Shown: positions 17,260 to 27,664, numbered from the stretch's first letter. The stretch is DNA of 64,000 bases from Verrucomicrobiaceae bacterium (GCA_051252135.1 JBPOGH010000002.1:256001-320000), one strand, 5' to 3'. The notes: generated from the sequence alone by a model not told the origin. Program-made: numbers and translations.

Positions 17260-20130
17260 GTGAGAGATGAAGTGTCTGTTGTTTTGGCGATCTGTGCGTT
17301 GGCAGGAATGGAGGTCTGCGCCGATCCCCTGGGTCTTCGAATGGAGCAAGGGAGTGAATTGACATGGCCGACAACCTTGGGAAATACCTATCAGCTGCAA
17401 TGGGCCGAAACGACTGCGGGCCCCTGGAATGATCACGGGGTGTCATTTTTGGGAGATGGAATGGACCGTTCGATTTTTGAACCGGGAGAAGCGGGAGTCC
17501 GGGTTTATCGTGTCGAAGAAGTGGTGCCGGGGGAGGAGCCTCTGCCTGAGATTCCCTTCAATGCAGGTTTTGAATCGGGGACTGATGAGGATCCTGACAA
17601 TTGGACGAGGGGTGGAAATCAGGTGCCGGTGCGGACAAGTGATGATGCCCACAGCGGATCATTTTGTATTCGGGCGGCTTTGGTGAATGTGAATTCGGTT
17701 CCGAGCGAGGGCAGCTTGAATCAGCGGATTGGATCGGTGGGGGGAACGATCGTTGCGGGAGAGAGTCATGATTTTTCATTTTGGGCAAAGAAGGTGAGCT
17801 CGGGTCCTTCTTATGTTCAGCAGTATCAACTTCAGTGGTTGGATGATGCGGGGAGTTCGCTCGGGGGAACAGGGCTTAAGAATTTTAGTGGAGAGACGGG
17901 GGTCTGGGTTCAGGTGGAGGAGGCCAATTTGATTGCTCCTCCGGGTGCGGTGGATGCGCGGGTGAGGTTTCGTTTTGTCACCGGTGCGGTGGCTGATGGT
18001 CATGGGGAGGTGCTCATTGATGACGTGAGTATCGGAAGGGATACGGGTCCGGTTGATCCGGGAGAGACCCACCTCACGTCGTTGGTGCCGACTCCGGCAT
18101 TCCGGATGAGTTGGCCATCGGTTCAGGGGGTTCCTTATCAGCCGAAGTTGTCGACTGACTTGGTGGTTTGGGAAAACATGCTTCCTGCGATCAATGGAGA
18201 TGGGGGGACGAAGGAGTTTTTGGTTCCGGCGATCGAGGATGTCGGGTTCTACCGTTTGGAATATCCGGGTCCGCCTGTTGATCCGGAGCTGGAGGGCGAA
18301 ATTGTGGCGCTTTATAACACGGGGACAGTGCTGGAGCCGGCGACGACGGTCGATACGCCTGAGGCGCTCGTTACTTACTTTGCGGATCGGGCGCGGGATC
18401 GGCATGCGCGGGAGGCGAACTTTCATTCCTATGACCATTATCTTCCCTGGTATTGGGAGGAGCGGACGATTGAGCTAGAGATCGTCGATAAGGTGGCGAA
18501 GGGAGGGGATGAGATTGTTTTTAATTACAAAACGCTGACGCCATTGGGGGCGGCTGAGTTTCGCGCATTCTTCCGGGGGATTGGAACGGTGGCGGAGTAT
18601 CACAGCAATCAAATCGCGGAACTGGTGGGTCCGAATGAGTATCAGGCGAAGCTCGATGTTCGTTTGCCGGACTACAAGGATCTGGAGATAGGTGATCGGG
18701 TTGAGATTGAGATCAGTCAGTTTATTGAAGCGGCTACGAACGGACGGAACAATTATTACGGGACGACGTTTCTCTACATTATCGGGCAGGGGATTGTTCC
18801 CTGGGAGGGGGTGACCTTGCCAGGCGGGCCGCCGCTTGATTCTTATCCGCTTCCGGAGGTTGCGTGGCTGGGTGGGTTGACGACCTTGCCGTATCAGTAT
18901 TCGAATGAGCCGGAGCATCGCTTTAAGCAGACGGCGGGCAACATTGCTCCGATCAGCGCGCAGCCGTTTATGCTCGGGCGTCGTTTGCATCATACCGACT
19001 TTGGGAGTGGTGCGCATTCGGAGTCCGGGAATCCGGTGTTTGCGGATCAAGTGGGGAAGTTGGGACCTCATTACATTGCGAACAGCTGTGTGGATTGCCA
19101 TGTGAACAATGGACGGGCTCTTCCTCCGGTGCCGGGCGCGCCGATGCTGCAGACGGTGATGAAGGTGGGGGCCGATGCACTTGGTGCGCCTCATCCTTCC
19201 ATGGGTTCGGTTCTGCAGGTTCAGGCTGAGGGAGTGCCGGTCGAAGGAGGGGTGACCATTTCGAGCTACACCGAGACTGCCGGACAGTATGGGGACGGGA
19301 CGGCGTTTTCGCTGCGCAAGCCGAACTATGCATTTACCGGGACGGTGCCTCAGTTTTTCTCAGCCCGTCTGGCGAGTCCCTTGGTTGGATTGGGTTTGCT
19401 GGAGGCGGTGAGTGAAGCGACGATCATGGCGATGGCGGATCCGGAGGATACGAATGCGGACGGCATCTCGGGACGTTATCAAACGGTGATTGATCCGGAG
19501 ACGGGCGAGAAGCGGCTGGGAAGATTTACGGGGAAGGGCGGGAAGGCGCGGCTTAAACACCAGATCGCAGGAGCGCTCAGCACGGACATGGGGGTGACGA
19601 CATCGGTCTTTCCGATTCCCGAAGGAGGGAGCACGCCGGAAACTCCCGAGTTGGGCGATGATGATTTGGACAAGCTGACACGATACATTGCGCTGCTTGG
19701 AGTGGGTGCCCGTCGTGATCTGGACAGTGTGCAAGCGCTTCAGGGTGAGCAGTTATTTTCGAGTGCACAATGTATCAAGTGCCATGTGCCGCAGCTTCAG
19801 ACCGGGCCTTTTCACCCGATGACGGAGCTTCGTAATCAGACGATCCGGCCATACACGGACCTTCTTCTTCATGACATGGGTCCGGGGTTAGCGGACAATA
19901 TGGGGGAGGACGGGGCAAGTGGGTCGGAGTGGAGAACTCCTCCCTTATGGAACATTGGGTTGACTGACGGGGTGAGTGGAGGAGAGGCCTATCTTCATGA
20001 TGGAAGGGCGCGGAGTCTTGAGGAGGCGATTCTCTGGCATGGGGGAGAGGCGGAGGGTTCGAAGGAAGCCTTTCGGATGATGTCGGCCGCTGATCGGGAG
20101 GCTTTGATCGCGTTTCTTAGATCGCTGTGA
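17260..20130 (+). CDS. Secreted di-heme oxidoreductase family (DHOR/DUF1111-like) protein with N-terminal CBM-like domain
   Basis: Two heme motifs CVDCH and CIKCH; PYTDLLLHDMG, WRTPPLW, YLHDGRARSLEEAILWHGGE; NAGFESG CBM4-like domain. Start uncertain (see findings). Confidence 0.85.
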   Translation: MRDEVSVVLAICALAGMEVCADPLGLRMEQGSELTWPTTLGNTYQLQWAETTAGPWNDHGVSFLGDGMDRSIFEPGEAGVRVYRVEEVVPGEEPLPEIPFNAGFESGTDEDPDNWTRGGNQVPVRTSDDAHSGSFCIRAALVNVNSVPSEGSLNQRIGSVGGTIVAGESHDFSFWAKKVSSGPSYVQQYQLQWLDDAGSSLGGTGLKNFSGETGVWVQVEEANLIAPPGAVDARVRFRFVTGAVADGHGEVLIDDVSIGRDTGPVDPGETHLTSLVPTPAFRMSWPSVQGVPYQPKLSTDLVVWENMLPAINGDGGTKEFLVPAIEDVGFYRLEYPGPPVDPELEGEIVALYNTGTVLEPATTVDTPEALVTYFADRARDRHAREANFHSYDHYLPWYWEERTIELEIVDKVAKGGDEIVFNYKTLTPLGAAEFRAFFRGIGTVAEYHSNQIAELVGPNEYQAKLDVRLPDYKDLEIGDRVEIEISQFIEAATNGRNNYYGTTFLYIIGQGIVPWEGVTLPGGPPLDSYPLPEVAWLGGLTTLPYQYSNEPEHRFKQTAGNIAPISAQPFMLGRRLHHTDFGSGAHSESGNPVFADQVGKLGPHYIANSCVDCHVNNGRALPPVPGAPMLQTVMKVGADALGAPHPSMGSVLQVQAEGVPVEGGVTISSYTETAGQYGDGTAFSLRKPNYAFTGTVPQFFSARLASPLVGLGLLEAVSEATIMAMADPEDTNADGISGRYQTVIDPETGEKRLGRFTGKGGKARLKHQIAGALSTDMGVTTSVFPIPEGGSTPETPELGDDDLDKLTRYIALLGVGARRDLDSVQALQGEQLFSSAQCIKCHVPQLQTGPFHPMTELRNQTIRPYTDLLLHDMGPGLADNMGEDGASGSEWRTPPLWNIGLTDGVSGGEAYLHDGRARSLEEAILWHGGEAEGSKEAFRMMSAADREALIAFLRSL

Positions 20131-20216
20131 AATCGCACTCGCAATTTTTCACGGAACTTCTGTGAAGGTCCACCAGATGGTCTGGGCATTCCGGTGAGGC
20201 AGGGTATCGTCCGGTG

Positions 20217-20678
20217 ATGGCGATTGAGATTGAGCGAAAGTTTTTGGTGAAGGGGGAGATTCCCGAGGGTGTGAGCACGGAAATGGTGCAGGCCTACTTG
20301 AGCTTGGATCCGGAGCGGACGGTGCGGGTGAGGTTGGAGGGAGAGGTGGCGAAATTGACGATCAAGGGTCGGAGTGAGGGGATTTCGCGGAAGGAGTTTG
20401 AGTATGAGATCCCGGAAGAGGATGCACGGGAACTGATGGCTCTGGCGATCGGCGCTCCGGTGGAGAAAACGCGGACACGAATTGAAGTGGGAAAACACCT
20501 TTGGGAGGTGGATGTGTTTCGGGGGGCGAATGCGGGATTGGTTTTGGCGGAAGTGGAGCTGGGGTCGGAGGACGAGGTGCCCGTCCTTCCGGATTGGGTG
20601 GGCGAGGAGGTGTCTGATGATCCCCGCTACTTTAATTCGTATCTTGCGCGGAGCCCGTTCGCGGAGTGGGGGGAGTAG
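20217..20678 (+). CDS. CYTH domain protein (triphosphatase / class IV adenylate cyclase superfamily)
   Basis: EIERKFL, VRVR, LTIKG, EFEY, EKTR, WEVD, EVEL. Confidence 0.92.
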   Translation: MAIEIERKFLVKGEIPEGVSTEMVQAYLSLDPERTVRVRLEGEVAKLTIKGRSEGISRKEFEYEIPEEDARELMALAIGAPVEKTRTRIEVGKHLWEVDVFRGANAGLVLAEVELGSEDEVPVLPDWVGEEVSDDPRYFNSYLARSPFAEWGE

Positions 20679-20702
20679 GGAGGTGGTTGTGGACCACCAG
20701 GT

Positions 20703-21056
20703 TTAGGAGCCGGGGTCGATTCTCAGATCAGCGACGATTTCTCCGCCGATGAGGTGTTGTTGGATGATGAGTTCGAGGTTTTCGGGGGTGGCGGAGTGGT
20801 ACCAGACGGCCTCGGGGTAGACGACGGCGATGGGGCCCTGGATGCAGATGCGGAGGCAGTCGGCCTTGGTGCGGTGGACGAGGGATTGGGGGCCACAGAG
20901 GCCGAGTTCCTTGAGGCGATTTTTGAGAAATTGCCAGGAGGCCATGCCCTCGTCCGGGGCACAGCATTTGGCCTCGGTGGGGGTGGCGCAGAGGAAGATG
21001 TGGCGTTGGTAGGTGTCGAGGTTGAGCGACCTGGCGACGGAGTGGAGATCGGGCAT
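20703..21056 (-). CDS. Thioredoxin-like [2Fe-2S] ferredoxin
   Basis: HIFLC...[28 protein letters not shown]. Confidence 0.9.
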   Translation of the reverse strand: MPDLHSVARSLNLDTYQRHIFLCATPTEAKCCAPDEGMASWQFLKNRLKELGLCGPQSLVHRTKADCLRICIQGPIAVVYPEAVWYHSATPENLELIIQQHLIGGEIVADLRIDPGS

Positions 21057-21074
21057 GGAGTTGAATTTGGCTAT

Positions 21075-22601
21075 TTACTCTCTAGTGCGGCCTTTGGCGA
21101 TGTGGGCGGCGAGTTCCGCTTTGAGGCGGTCGGCGATCTTGGAGTGGCCTTTGATGATGTCGACCTTTTCGGAGGGGTCGTTGGAGAGGTCGTAGAGCTG
21201 AAACTTGGGAACTTTGTTCCGGGTGAGTGTCATTTCGACTTTGGTGTTGAAGGCGGTTCCTTTTTCGTGGGAGGTGAGCTTCCAGTTGCCGGAGCGGTAG
21301 CCATGGTTTCCTTTGCCGCCGTTGTCCTGCTGGATGAGGTGGTTGCGTCCGATGGCTTTGGGTTTTCCAAGGAGGGCGTCGGAGAGGTCCAGGCTATCGA
21401 GGAAGGCGTCGGCTGGGATTTCGGTGCCGGTGAGGGCGGCGAGGGAGGTGGCGAGGTCGATGGTGCAAACGACTTGTTCGGAGGTGCCCGGGGGGATGGT
21501 GCCTTTCCAGGAAGTGATGAAGGGGGTGCGGGTGCCGCCCTCGTAGATGGAGTATTTTCCGCCTTTGAAGGGGCCGGCGGCCTTGTGGGTGCCGATTTTT
21601 TCGATGGCGTCGTCCTTGTAGCCGTCGTCCATGACGGGGCCGTTATCGGAGCAGAAGACGATGAGGGTGTTTTCGGTGAGGCCGAGGCGGTCGAGGGTTT
21701 TGGTGATCTCGCCTACGGTCCAATCGAGCTGGACGATGGAGTCGGCGCGGAAGCCGTGGGGGGTGACGCCCTGGAAGCGTTCGTGCGGGATGCGGGGGAC
21801 GTGGAGATCGTGTGAGGCGTAGAAGAGGAAGAAGGGTTTGTCTTTGTTTTGCTCGATGAACTCGACGGATTTTTCGACCCATTTGTCGGCGAGGTCTTCA
21901 TCGCGGAAGCGTGCTTTGTGGCCGCCGGTGTAGAAGCCGATGCGGGAGATGCCATTGTGAATGGTGGCGTTGTGCCCGTGGGACCAGTCCATCTTGAGTG
22001 AGTCGCGATGGGTGACGCCGGTGGGGTGGTCGGGGGAGGGTTTTTTGTTTCCGACCCAGAGGGGGTCGGCGGGGTCGAGGTTGAGGACGCGGCTCTCGGT
22101 GACGTAGACCTGGGGGACGCGGTCGTTGGTGGTGGGGAGGAGGAAGTGGTGGTCGAAGCCGATTTCGCGGGGGCTGGGTTTGAGTTCGCCGTTCCAATCG
22201 GGGCCTTTTCCCTTTTCGCCGAGGCCGAGGTGCCACTTGCCGACGACGCCGGTTTGGTAGCCGGCTTTTTTCATGAGGTCGGGAAGAGTGAAGGTGTCCT
22301 GATCGATGACGAGGTGACCGTTTGGCGGAGCGATTCCGGTGCCGGGCTTGCGGAAGGCGTAGATGCCGGTGAGAAAGGAGTAGCGGGTGGGGGTGCAGGT
22401 GGAGGCGGAGCAGTAGCCGCTGGTGAAGCGCTGGCCGGAGGCGGCGAGGGCGTCGATGTGTGGAGTTTTGAAGGTGGAGGCGCCGTAGCAGGAGAGATCG
22501 CCGTAGCCCATGTCATCGGCCATGATGACGATGACGTTTGGTTTTTCAGCGGCGAAGTTGACCTGAATGAGGCCGAGGAGAAGGATGGAGAGAATTTTCA
22601 T
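21075..22601 (-). CDS. Arylsulfatase (S1 family), secreted
   Basis: KPNVIVIMADDMGYGD, CTPTR formylglycine motif, GKWHLG, SDNG; start set at ATG 22601. Confidence 0.93.
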   Translation of the reverse strand: MKILSILLLGLIQVNFAAEKPNVIVIMADDMGYGDLSCYGASTFKTPHIDALAASGQRFTSGYCSASTCTPTRYSFLTGIYAFRKPGTGIAPPNGHLVIDQDTFTLPDLMKKAGYQTGVVGKWHLGLGEKGKGPDWNGELKPSPREIGFDHHFLLPTTNDRVPQVYVTESRVLNLDPADPLWVGNKKPSPDHPTGVTHRDSLKMDWSHGHNATIHNGISRIGFYTGGHKARFRDEDLADKWVEKSVEFIEQNKDKPFFLFYASHDLHVPRIPHERFQGVTPHGFRADSIVQLDWTVGEITKTLDRLGLTENTLIVFCSDNGPVMDDGYKDDAIEKIGTHKAAGPFKGGKYSIYEGGTRTPFITSWKGTIPPGTSEQVVCTIDLATSLAALTGTEIPADAFLDSLDLSDALLGKPKAIGRNHLIQQDNGGKGNHGYRSGNWKLTSHEKGTAFNTKVEMTLTRNKVPKFQLYDLSNDPSEKVDIIKGHSKIADRLKAELAAHIAKGRTRE

Positions 22602-22696
22602 AGGATGATTTGTTGGCATGGGTATGTCATGCGGAGAGGTGATGGTGCAAGGGTAGAGGAAAATAAGGTATTGAGCCCGAGGTCGCTGATGTGCGG

Positions 22697-24112
22697 TCAA
22701 ATCCTCCCCAAAAAGGTAGCCACATCACCCGGAGTCAAAGATTGCCCGGTAGCACCGGCAACCAAGGCCAATTCGGCGGCCCGCCCTGCGAGGTACGCTC
22801 CCGCTCTCGCGGCATCAAAAGGGGATAATCCGGAAGCCATCAAGGCCCCGAGCAGACCTGAAAGCAGATCACCCTGACCACCGGTCGCCATCGCCGGAGT
22901 GCCTGTGGTATTGAAATGAAGGTTTTTCTCCGCTTGGGTGACGATGGTGCGTGCTCCTTTAAGAAGGAGAGTTGCGGCGCATGCCGAGGTGAACCGGCGC
23001 GCCCGTTCCGCGCGGGTTCCCTCGCCGGAAACAAGACGTGCCATTTCACCCGGGTGCGGGGTGGCGAGGACATTCTCACCCAACAAGGAGAGTTGGTTGT
23101 TTTCCGCAATCAGATTGAGGGCGTCGGCATCGAGAACCAGGGGTCTGGAATTCGTTTGTAAAAAGCGGGTCAGTTTTTCGCCTGTTTTCCCATCGGTTCC
23201 CAGGCCCGGTCCGATGACAAAAGCATCCGCTTCCAGATCATGCCAATTCTCCGGTCGCTCGCGGAGCATGATCTCGGGAGGAAGGAGTGGCAGCATGAGT
23301 TCTACCTCACCTGGCTCGACGTAGAGTGAAATCAGACCGCCCCCTCCCCGCAAGGCACCTGTTGCGCAAAGGCTGGCCGCTCCCCGCGTCCCCGGTGCTC
23401 CGGCGATGATGGCAATTTTTCCGGCCATCCCCTTATGAAAACTGAAAGGACGCGGCGGCAAGAGATTCCGCACTGTCCCGGCCGTGGTGAGCCGATCGCC
23501 TTCGCCCGGACACGGCAATTCCTCCACTTCGATTAAACTCAAGCGTCCCACAAAATCAATGGCCCGATCGGCGATCAATCCTCTTTTGGGAATCCCAACC
23601 GTCAGGGTGTGATCGGCAATCACCGCGCCCCCTTCTCCGGTGTCGGCATTGAGCCCTGATGGCAAGTCCATCGCGATGGTGCGCGCGCCTTCCGTGATCC
23701 GGAGTCGGTTCATCTCCTCCGCCATCCCCGCCAAGGGTTCGCGCAAGGCGCCCTCGCTCCCGATTCCCAACAAGCCATCGAGGAGCAGCAGCGGCCCCCT
23801 CCGAAATCCCGTGACATCATCACCCAGTTCATTCCACATCCATCCCGTTAGTGGTGCCAGTTCCTCCCGCCGGAATGCCGACCGTACTTCCACGGCCCAC
23901 CCGGCATCCTTCAAATGACGTGCCATGACCAGCGCGTCACCGGCATTGTGACCTTTTCCGAGAAATGCGATCACGCTTCCCGGTGTGGCATGATCACGGA
24001 GAATCACTCCGGCCATGCGCCGCCCCACCTTTTCCATCAGGGCTTCCGGAGTAGCCCCTTTTTCAAAGGCGAGCTCCTCGATTTTCTGCATCTCCGCGCA
24101 AGTGACCATCAC
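22697..24112 (-). CDS. nnr: Bifunctional NAD(P)HX epimerase/dehydratase
   Basis: GKGHNAGD, DGLLGIG, DLPSG, HKG..G, GPGLG, DADAL, TPHPGE, LKG, ATGGQGD. Confidence 0.92.
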   Translation of the reverse strand: MMVTCAEMQKIEELAFEKGATPEALMEKVGRRMAGVILRDHATPGSVIAFLGKGHNAGDALVMARHLKDAGWAVEVRSAFRREELAPLTGWMWNELGDDVTGFRRGPLLLLDGLLGIGSEGALREPLAGMAEEMNRLRITEGARTIAMDLPSGLNADTGEGGAVIADHTLTVGIPKRGLIADRAIDFVGRLSLIEVEELPCPGEGDRLTTAGTVRNLLPPRPFSFHKGMAGKIAIIAGAPGTRGAASLCATGALRGGGGLISLYVEPGEVELMLPLLPPEIMLRERPENWHDLEADAFVIGPGLGTDGKTGEKLTRFLQTNSRPLVLDADALNLIAENNQLSLLGENVLATPHPGEMARLVSGEGTRAERARRFTSACAATLLLKGARTIVTQAEKNLHFNTTGTPAMATGGQGDLLSGLLGALMASGLSPFDAARAGAYLAGRAAELALVAGATGQSLTPGDVATFLGRI

Positions 24113-24129
24113 CGTGTCAGGGTATCAGC

Positions 24130-26694
24130 CTACTTCCGCACGATGGAGTAGAAAGCTTCACAAAGATCGCCCTTGGTTGGGGGAAGGCTCTTCGAGTGGA
24201 ACTGGAATACCTGGTTTTCACCGCTCGGCGGAAGTGATTCCAAGTGGAGTGTTAGCGAGGTTCCGTCCGCCGACCGCTTCATCGAAACAATCTTGTGCCC
24301 GGTTTTATCATTCTCCGGAGAGCCATACTTCGGGCTATCGAGGTAGGTCCAGGAAGACAGACTGATCTTGTCTACTGCGGGCGCCTTTTCCAGTGCTTGC
24401 GTAAAGTGGAGCGTGAACGAAGCGCCTTCTCTTGTGACATCGTGAAGCTGGTTCGCCGGTTTGGTCTTGGTCCGATAGATTCGCACCAGCGCATCCTCCT
24501 TGCCACCTTGCGCACGCCATCCGCGACCCGTCTGCCCCACGAAAAGATCGCCCTTGGGATCAAACTCCAGCCGCATTACTCCGGAAGGAAAGCCGTGGGC
24601 AAATGGAATCAGAGCGGCCTCATGATGGGGCTTGGGCAAAATGCGGAAGATGTTTGAAAGGGTTTGGTCGCCCATGAACATCTGTCCGGTGAAGGGACCG
24701 AACTTTCCTTCGGTTCGATCCCAGACCGGGCTGCCGGGCGAGTTGGCGAGGCGCGAGTGTGGCATGAGGGCAATGGCCTTCACCTTGGAATCCTTGACCG
24801 CATCCCATTTCAGCTCGGGCGAATCCGGATTGAGACCGGGGAGATCGACCAAGCCCGAAGGATGCCCGTAGAACTTGTCCTGTTCCAAAATGAACAATTT
24901 TGAGGTGCCGACGTATTCCCCCTGGTTCTCGGAGTAGTAAAGTTTCCCGTCCGGTCCAGTTCCCAAGCCCGCCGGACTCCTCAGTCCCCATGAGAACGGG
25001 GTCATCTCTCCCTCCGGGGAAATCTGCAGGGACCATCCGCGCAGGCCACCCTGGGCACCCATCCAGGCGCCGTCGGCCTTGTAGATGTGCTTGGGATCGT
25101 TTGCTGCGGCGAGATTTGTCTGCACGTAGTAGTTTCCGTCCTCTCCCTTGGCAGGCCCATGGAGGTATTCGTGGTAGTTCACCGAGATGAGGAAGTCATC
25201 GTTGAGGGTTTCGTAGTGATCCATCCAACCATCCCCATCGGTATCGCGAAGCCGGGTTAGCTCGGGTTTTTGGGCCACGATGACGGTGTGTTCATCCTCC
25301 ACGATCACGCCCAGGGCATCGAGCAATCCTTCCCCGATCTGAACCCAGCTTCCCGCTTCCAGTTTCCACAGTCCTGCGGTGCGGGTCGATACGATGATGG
25401 CCCCGTTCGGGGAGATATCCATGCCGAGGGGTTCGAAAAGTTGCACCCGTCCGTTGACATCAAGCGGGGGGGCGATGGCCTCGGCCCCGTATCCTTGCGG
25501 AAGCCACACCTTGTCCGCTTTGCTCGAAACGATTTTTTGCAAGCCGCGATCGGTAGTGACTCCGTCGGGGCGCCAGGGATCACCGACGGGCTTTGGGAGT
25601 TGAAAGGTGATCTCGGCAGGGAGTTTGTCGACCGTCCATGTTTTTTCCTCCCGGCCCAGAACCGGAGAAAGCTGAAACTTCTGCGGTGACACGAGCTCAC
25701 CGGTGAGGGAAATTTTTCCCTGCCCGTTCGTGCCAAGAGTGAACTGAAGGTGGAACACGTTTTTTCCGACCTCAAAAGAGAAGGTCGGAACATCGGCGTG
25801 CCGGTAACCGAGGAAGTTGCCCCCCGCGGCCGCCAGTTGATCGGCGAAGTCTTCCTTCCCGTAGAGATTTTTTCCAATGGTCTCGTTGTCCCAGGTTTTG
25901 GGAGATTTGAAGGAAAGGTCGATGGGGGCGCCGGTCTTGGGATGAAGGGGCGCAAGAAGGGGGCCGTAGAGGTCCACTTCCATGGCATTCTGTCCGAGTC
26001 GGGCCGGCTTGCCTCCGCGTCCCGTGACCTCTTCACGAATGTTCAGGAATCCGCCCCACCAGACCCGTTCGATGGAAAGTGAGATGGGATCAAAGGCGTA
26101 GTTCAAGCCGCCGGGTGTCCCGACAAAGACGGCGCGTGTTGAGCTCTTGGGCACTCGGGCGCGATAGATGCGGGTCCGATCCGTGACGAGAATTTCGGCA
26201 GGGTCGGCAATGGGCGTGAGCACTTCGCTTTCGTTCTTTTTGGCATCGACCAGGACTTCCTTCGGTCCGGCTTTCCCGGCGTCGTTGAGGGTGAGGAGAT
26301 ATTGGTAAATGGCCTTGGCCTTAAAATCGGAAATGAAGGCTCCGTCATAGGGAGGCATGATTGGCAGATAGGGTTCGCCCTTGGTTGCTCCGCTTTCCGC
26401 GATCGCGATGTCCTCGGCAGCCCGGCGCAGTGATTGGCGGAAGTAATTGAAATCGGCAGTCACGGTTTGGCGGTGCTGCTCGCCACCGCTCAGGACCTCG
26501 CGCTTGCGGGCCTTTTGTTGAAACAAGCCGTAGAGTCCCGGGCCGGTCTTTACGGCATCATCGTTCTTAATCTCCGAATGACACTCGGCACAACCGACGG
26601 CGTGGAAGGTCTCGCGACCGAGTTGGACAAGATCAATTTTTTCCTGCGAGAAAGCAGGGAGAGCGAGAAGAGAAAGGAAACCGAGGAATCGCAT
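24130..26694 (-). CDS. Secreted c-type cytochrome fused to a sugar-dehydrogenase-like beta-propeller
   Basis: Signal peptide; CAECH...GPGL...MPPY; C-terminal ELTRLRDTDGDG, YHEYLHGP, GLRSPAG, ENQGEY. Confidence 0.75.
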   Translation of the reverse strand: MRFLGFLSLLALPAFSQEKIDLVQLGRETFHAVGCAECHSEIKNDDAVKTGPGLYGLFQQKARKREVLSGGEQHRQTVTADFNYFRQSLRRAAEDIAIAESGATKGEPYLPIMPPYDGAFISDFKAKAIYQYLLTLNDAGKAGPKEVLVDAKKNESEVLTPIADPAEILVTDRTRIYRARVPKSSTRAVFVGTPGGLNYAFDPISLSIERVWWGGFLNIREEVTGRGGKPARLGQNAMEVDLYGPLLAPLHPKTGAPIDLSFKSPKTWDNETIGKNLYGKEDFADQLAAAGGNFLGYRHADVPTFSFEVGKNVFHLQFTLGTNGQGKISLTGELVSPQKFQLSPVLGREEKTWTVDKLPAEITFQLPKPVGDPWRPDGVTTDRGLQKIVSSKADKVWLPQGYGAEAIAPPLDVNGRVQLFEPLGMDISPNGAIIVSTRTAGLWKLEAGSWVQIGEGLLDALGVIVEDEHTVIVAQKPELTRLRDTDGDGWMDHYETLNDDFLISVNYHEYLHGPAKGEDGNYYVQTNLAAANDPKHIYKADGAWMGAQGGLRGWSLQISPEGEMTPFSWGLRSPAGLGTGPDGKLYYSENQGEYVGTSKLFILEQDKFYGHPSGLVDLPGLNPDSPELKWDAVKDSKVKAIALMPHSRLANSPGSPVWDRTEGKFGPFTGQMFMGDQTLSNIFRILPKPHHEAALIPFAHGFPSGVMRLEFDPKGDLFVGQTGRGWRAQGGKEDALVRIYRTKTKPANQLHDVTREGASFTLHFTQALEKAPAVDKISLSSWTYLDSPKYGSPENDKTGHKIVSMKRSADGTSLTLHLESLPPSGENQVFQFHSKSLPPTKGDLCEAFYSIVRK

Positions 26695-26777
26695 TCCGCG
26701 AGACTTCCATTTTGGGAGCCTTTTGGAAATGGCGAAAGTCGCTAGCCAAAGCCTCCGTCCAAGGTTTCACTCTTCCC

Positions 26778-27584
26778 ATGGACAATCCCTACATGGCCCC
26801 GCAAGCACCACCGCAGGTCCAGCCGCCACCCATTCCGGCGGCGGAGAAGAAGGCCTGGAACGCGTGGTGGACCCTGCTTTGGGGTTTGGTCCTTTTTGGG
26901 ATTTGGCAGGTCGTTCAGGGGATTGGCTTTGTGATCTATATGGTCAAAGAGGGGATCATTCAAAAGATCACGCGCACGGATCCTCCGATCTCGGAAGAGG
27001 AACTGATGGGGCTTCTCATGGATGGTGATGTCATCGGCGCGGTGTCCTTTGTTGCGATCTTTGCGGTCTGTCCCGCGGCGTGGTTTTTGGGCCGGGCCAA
27101 GAAGCCCTGGGGAGGATGGGAGTATCTTGGGAATGCGGCGGTGCGCTGGTGGAAATGGCCGATGTGGCTTGCGGTGACCTATCTTCTGGGAATCGGGATG
27201 AGCTTGGTCGCGCCCTCGATGGGGATCGACGAAATGCATGAATCGATGGTCCAGATGGCGACTTCCACGGACTACGCCATTTTGCTTTTCCTGGGGGTGG
27301 CAATCGGGGCGCCGTTGGTGGAGGAGTTCATGTTCCGTGGTTTGCTTTTTCGGGGCTGGCGGGAGTCACGTCTCGGACTTTGGGGGACCCTGATCCTGAC
27401 TTCATTGATTTGGACCTCGATGCACGTGCAATACGAGGCGCCGATTCTGGGTTTCCTTTTCGTGTTCGGAATTATTTTGGGCCTGGCTCGCGAGTGGACC
27501 GGAAACGTCTGGGTTCCGGTCGCGATGCACGCGCTCAACAATGGCCTCTCGGTGATCGTGATGCTCACCACGGATTTTTCCTAG
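26778..27584 (+). CDS. CPBP (CAAX/Abi) intramembrane metalloprotease
   Basis: APLVEEFMFRG, WTSMH, HALNN; multiple TM helices. Confidence 0.9.
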   Translation: MDNPYMAPQAPPQVQPPPIPAAEKKAWNAWWTLLWGLVLFGIWQVVQGIGFVIYMVKEGIIQKITRTDPPISEEELMGLLMDGDVIGAVSFVAIFAVCPAAWFLGRAKKPWGGWEYLGNAAVRWWKWPMWLAVTYLLGIGMSLVAPSMGIDEMHESMVQMATSTDYAILLFLGVAIGAPLVEEFMFRGLLFRGWRESRLGLWGTLILTSLIWTSMHVQYEAPILGFLFVFGIILGLAREWTGNVWVPVAMHALNNGLSVIVMLTTDFS

Positions 27585-27664
27585 GGTGAGCCGATGGCGG
27601 GATGCGGATGGTGCCTGAGAGGGTGAAGATGAATTCAGCAGGAGTTCAGGTGCCCCGGTGGGGC

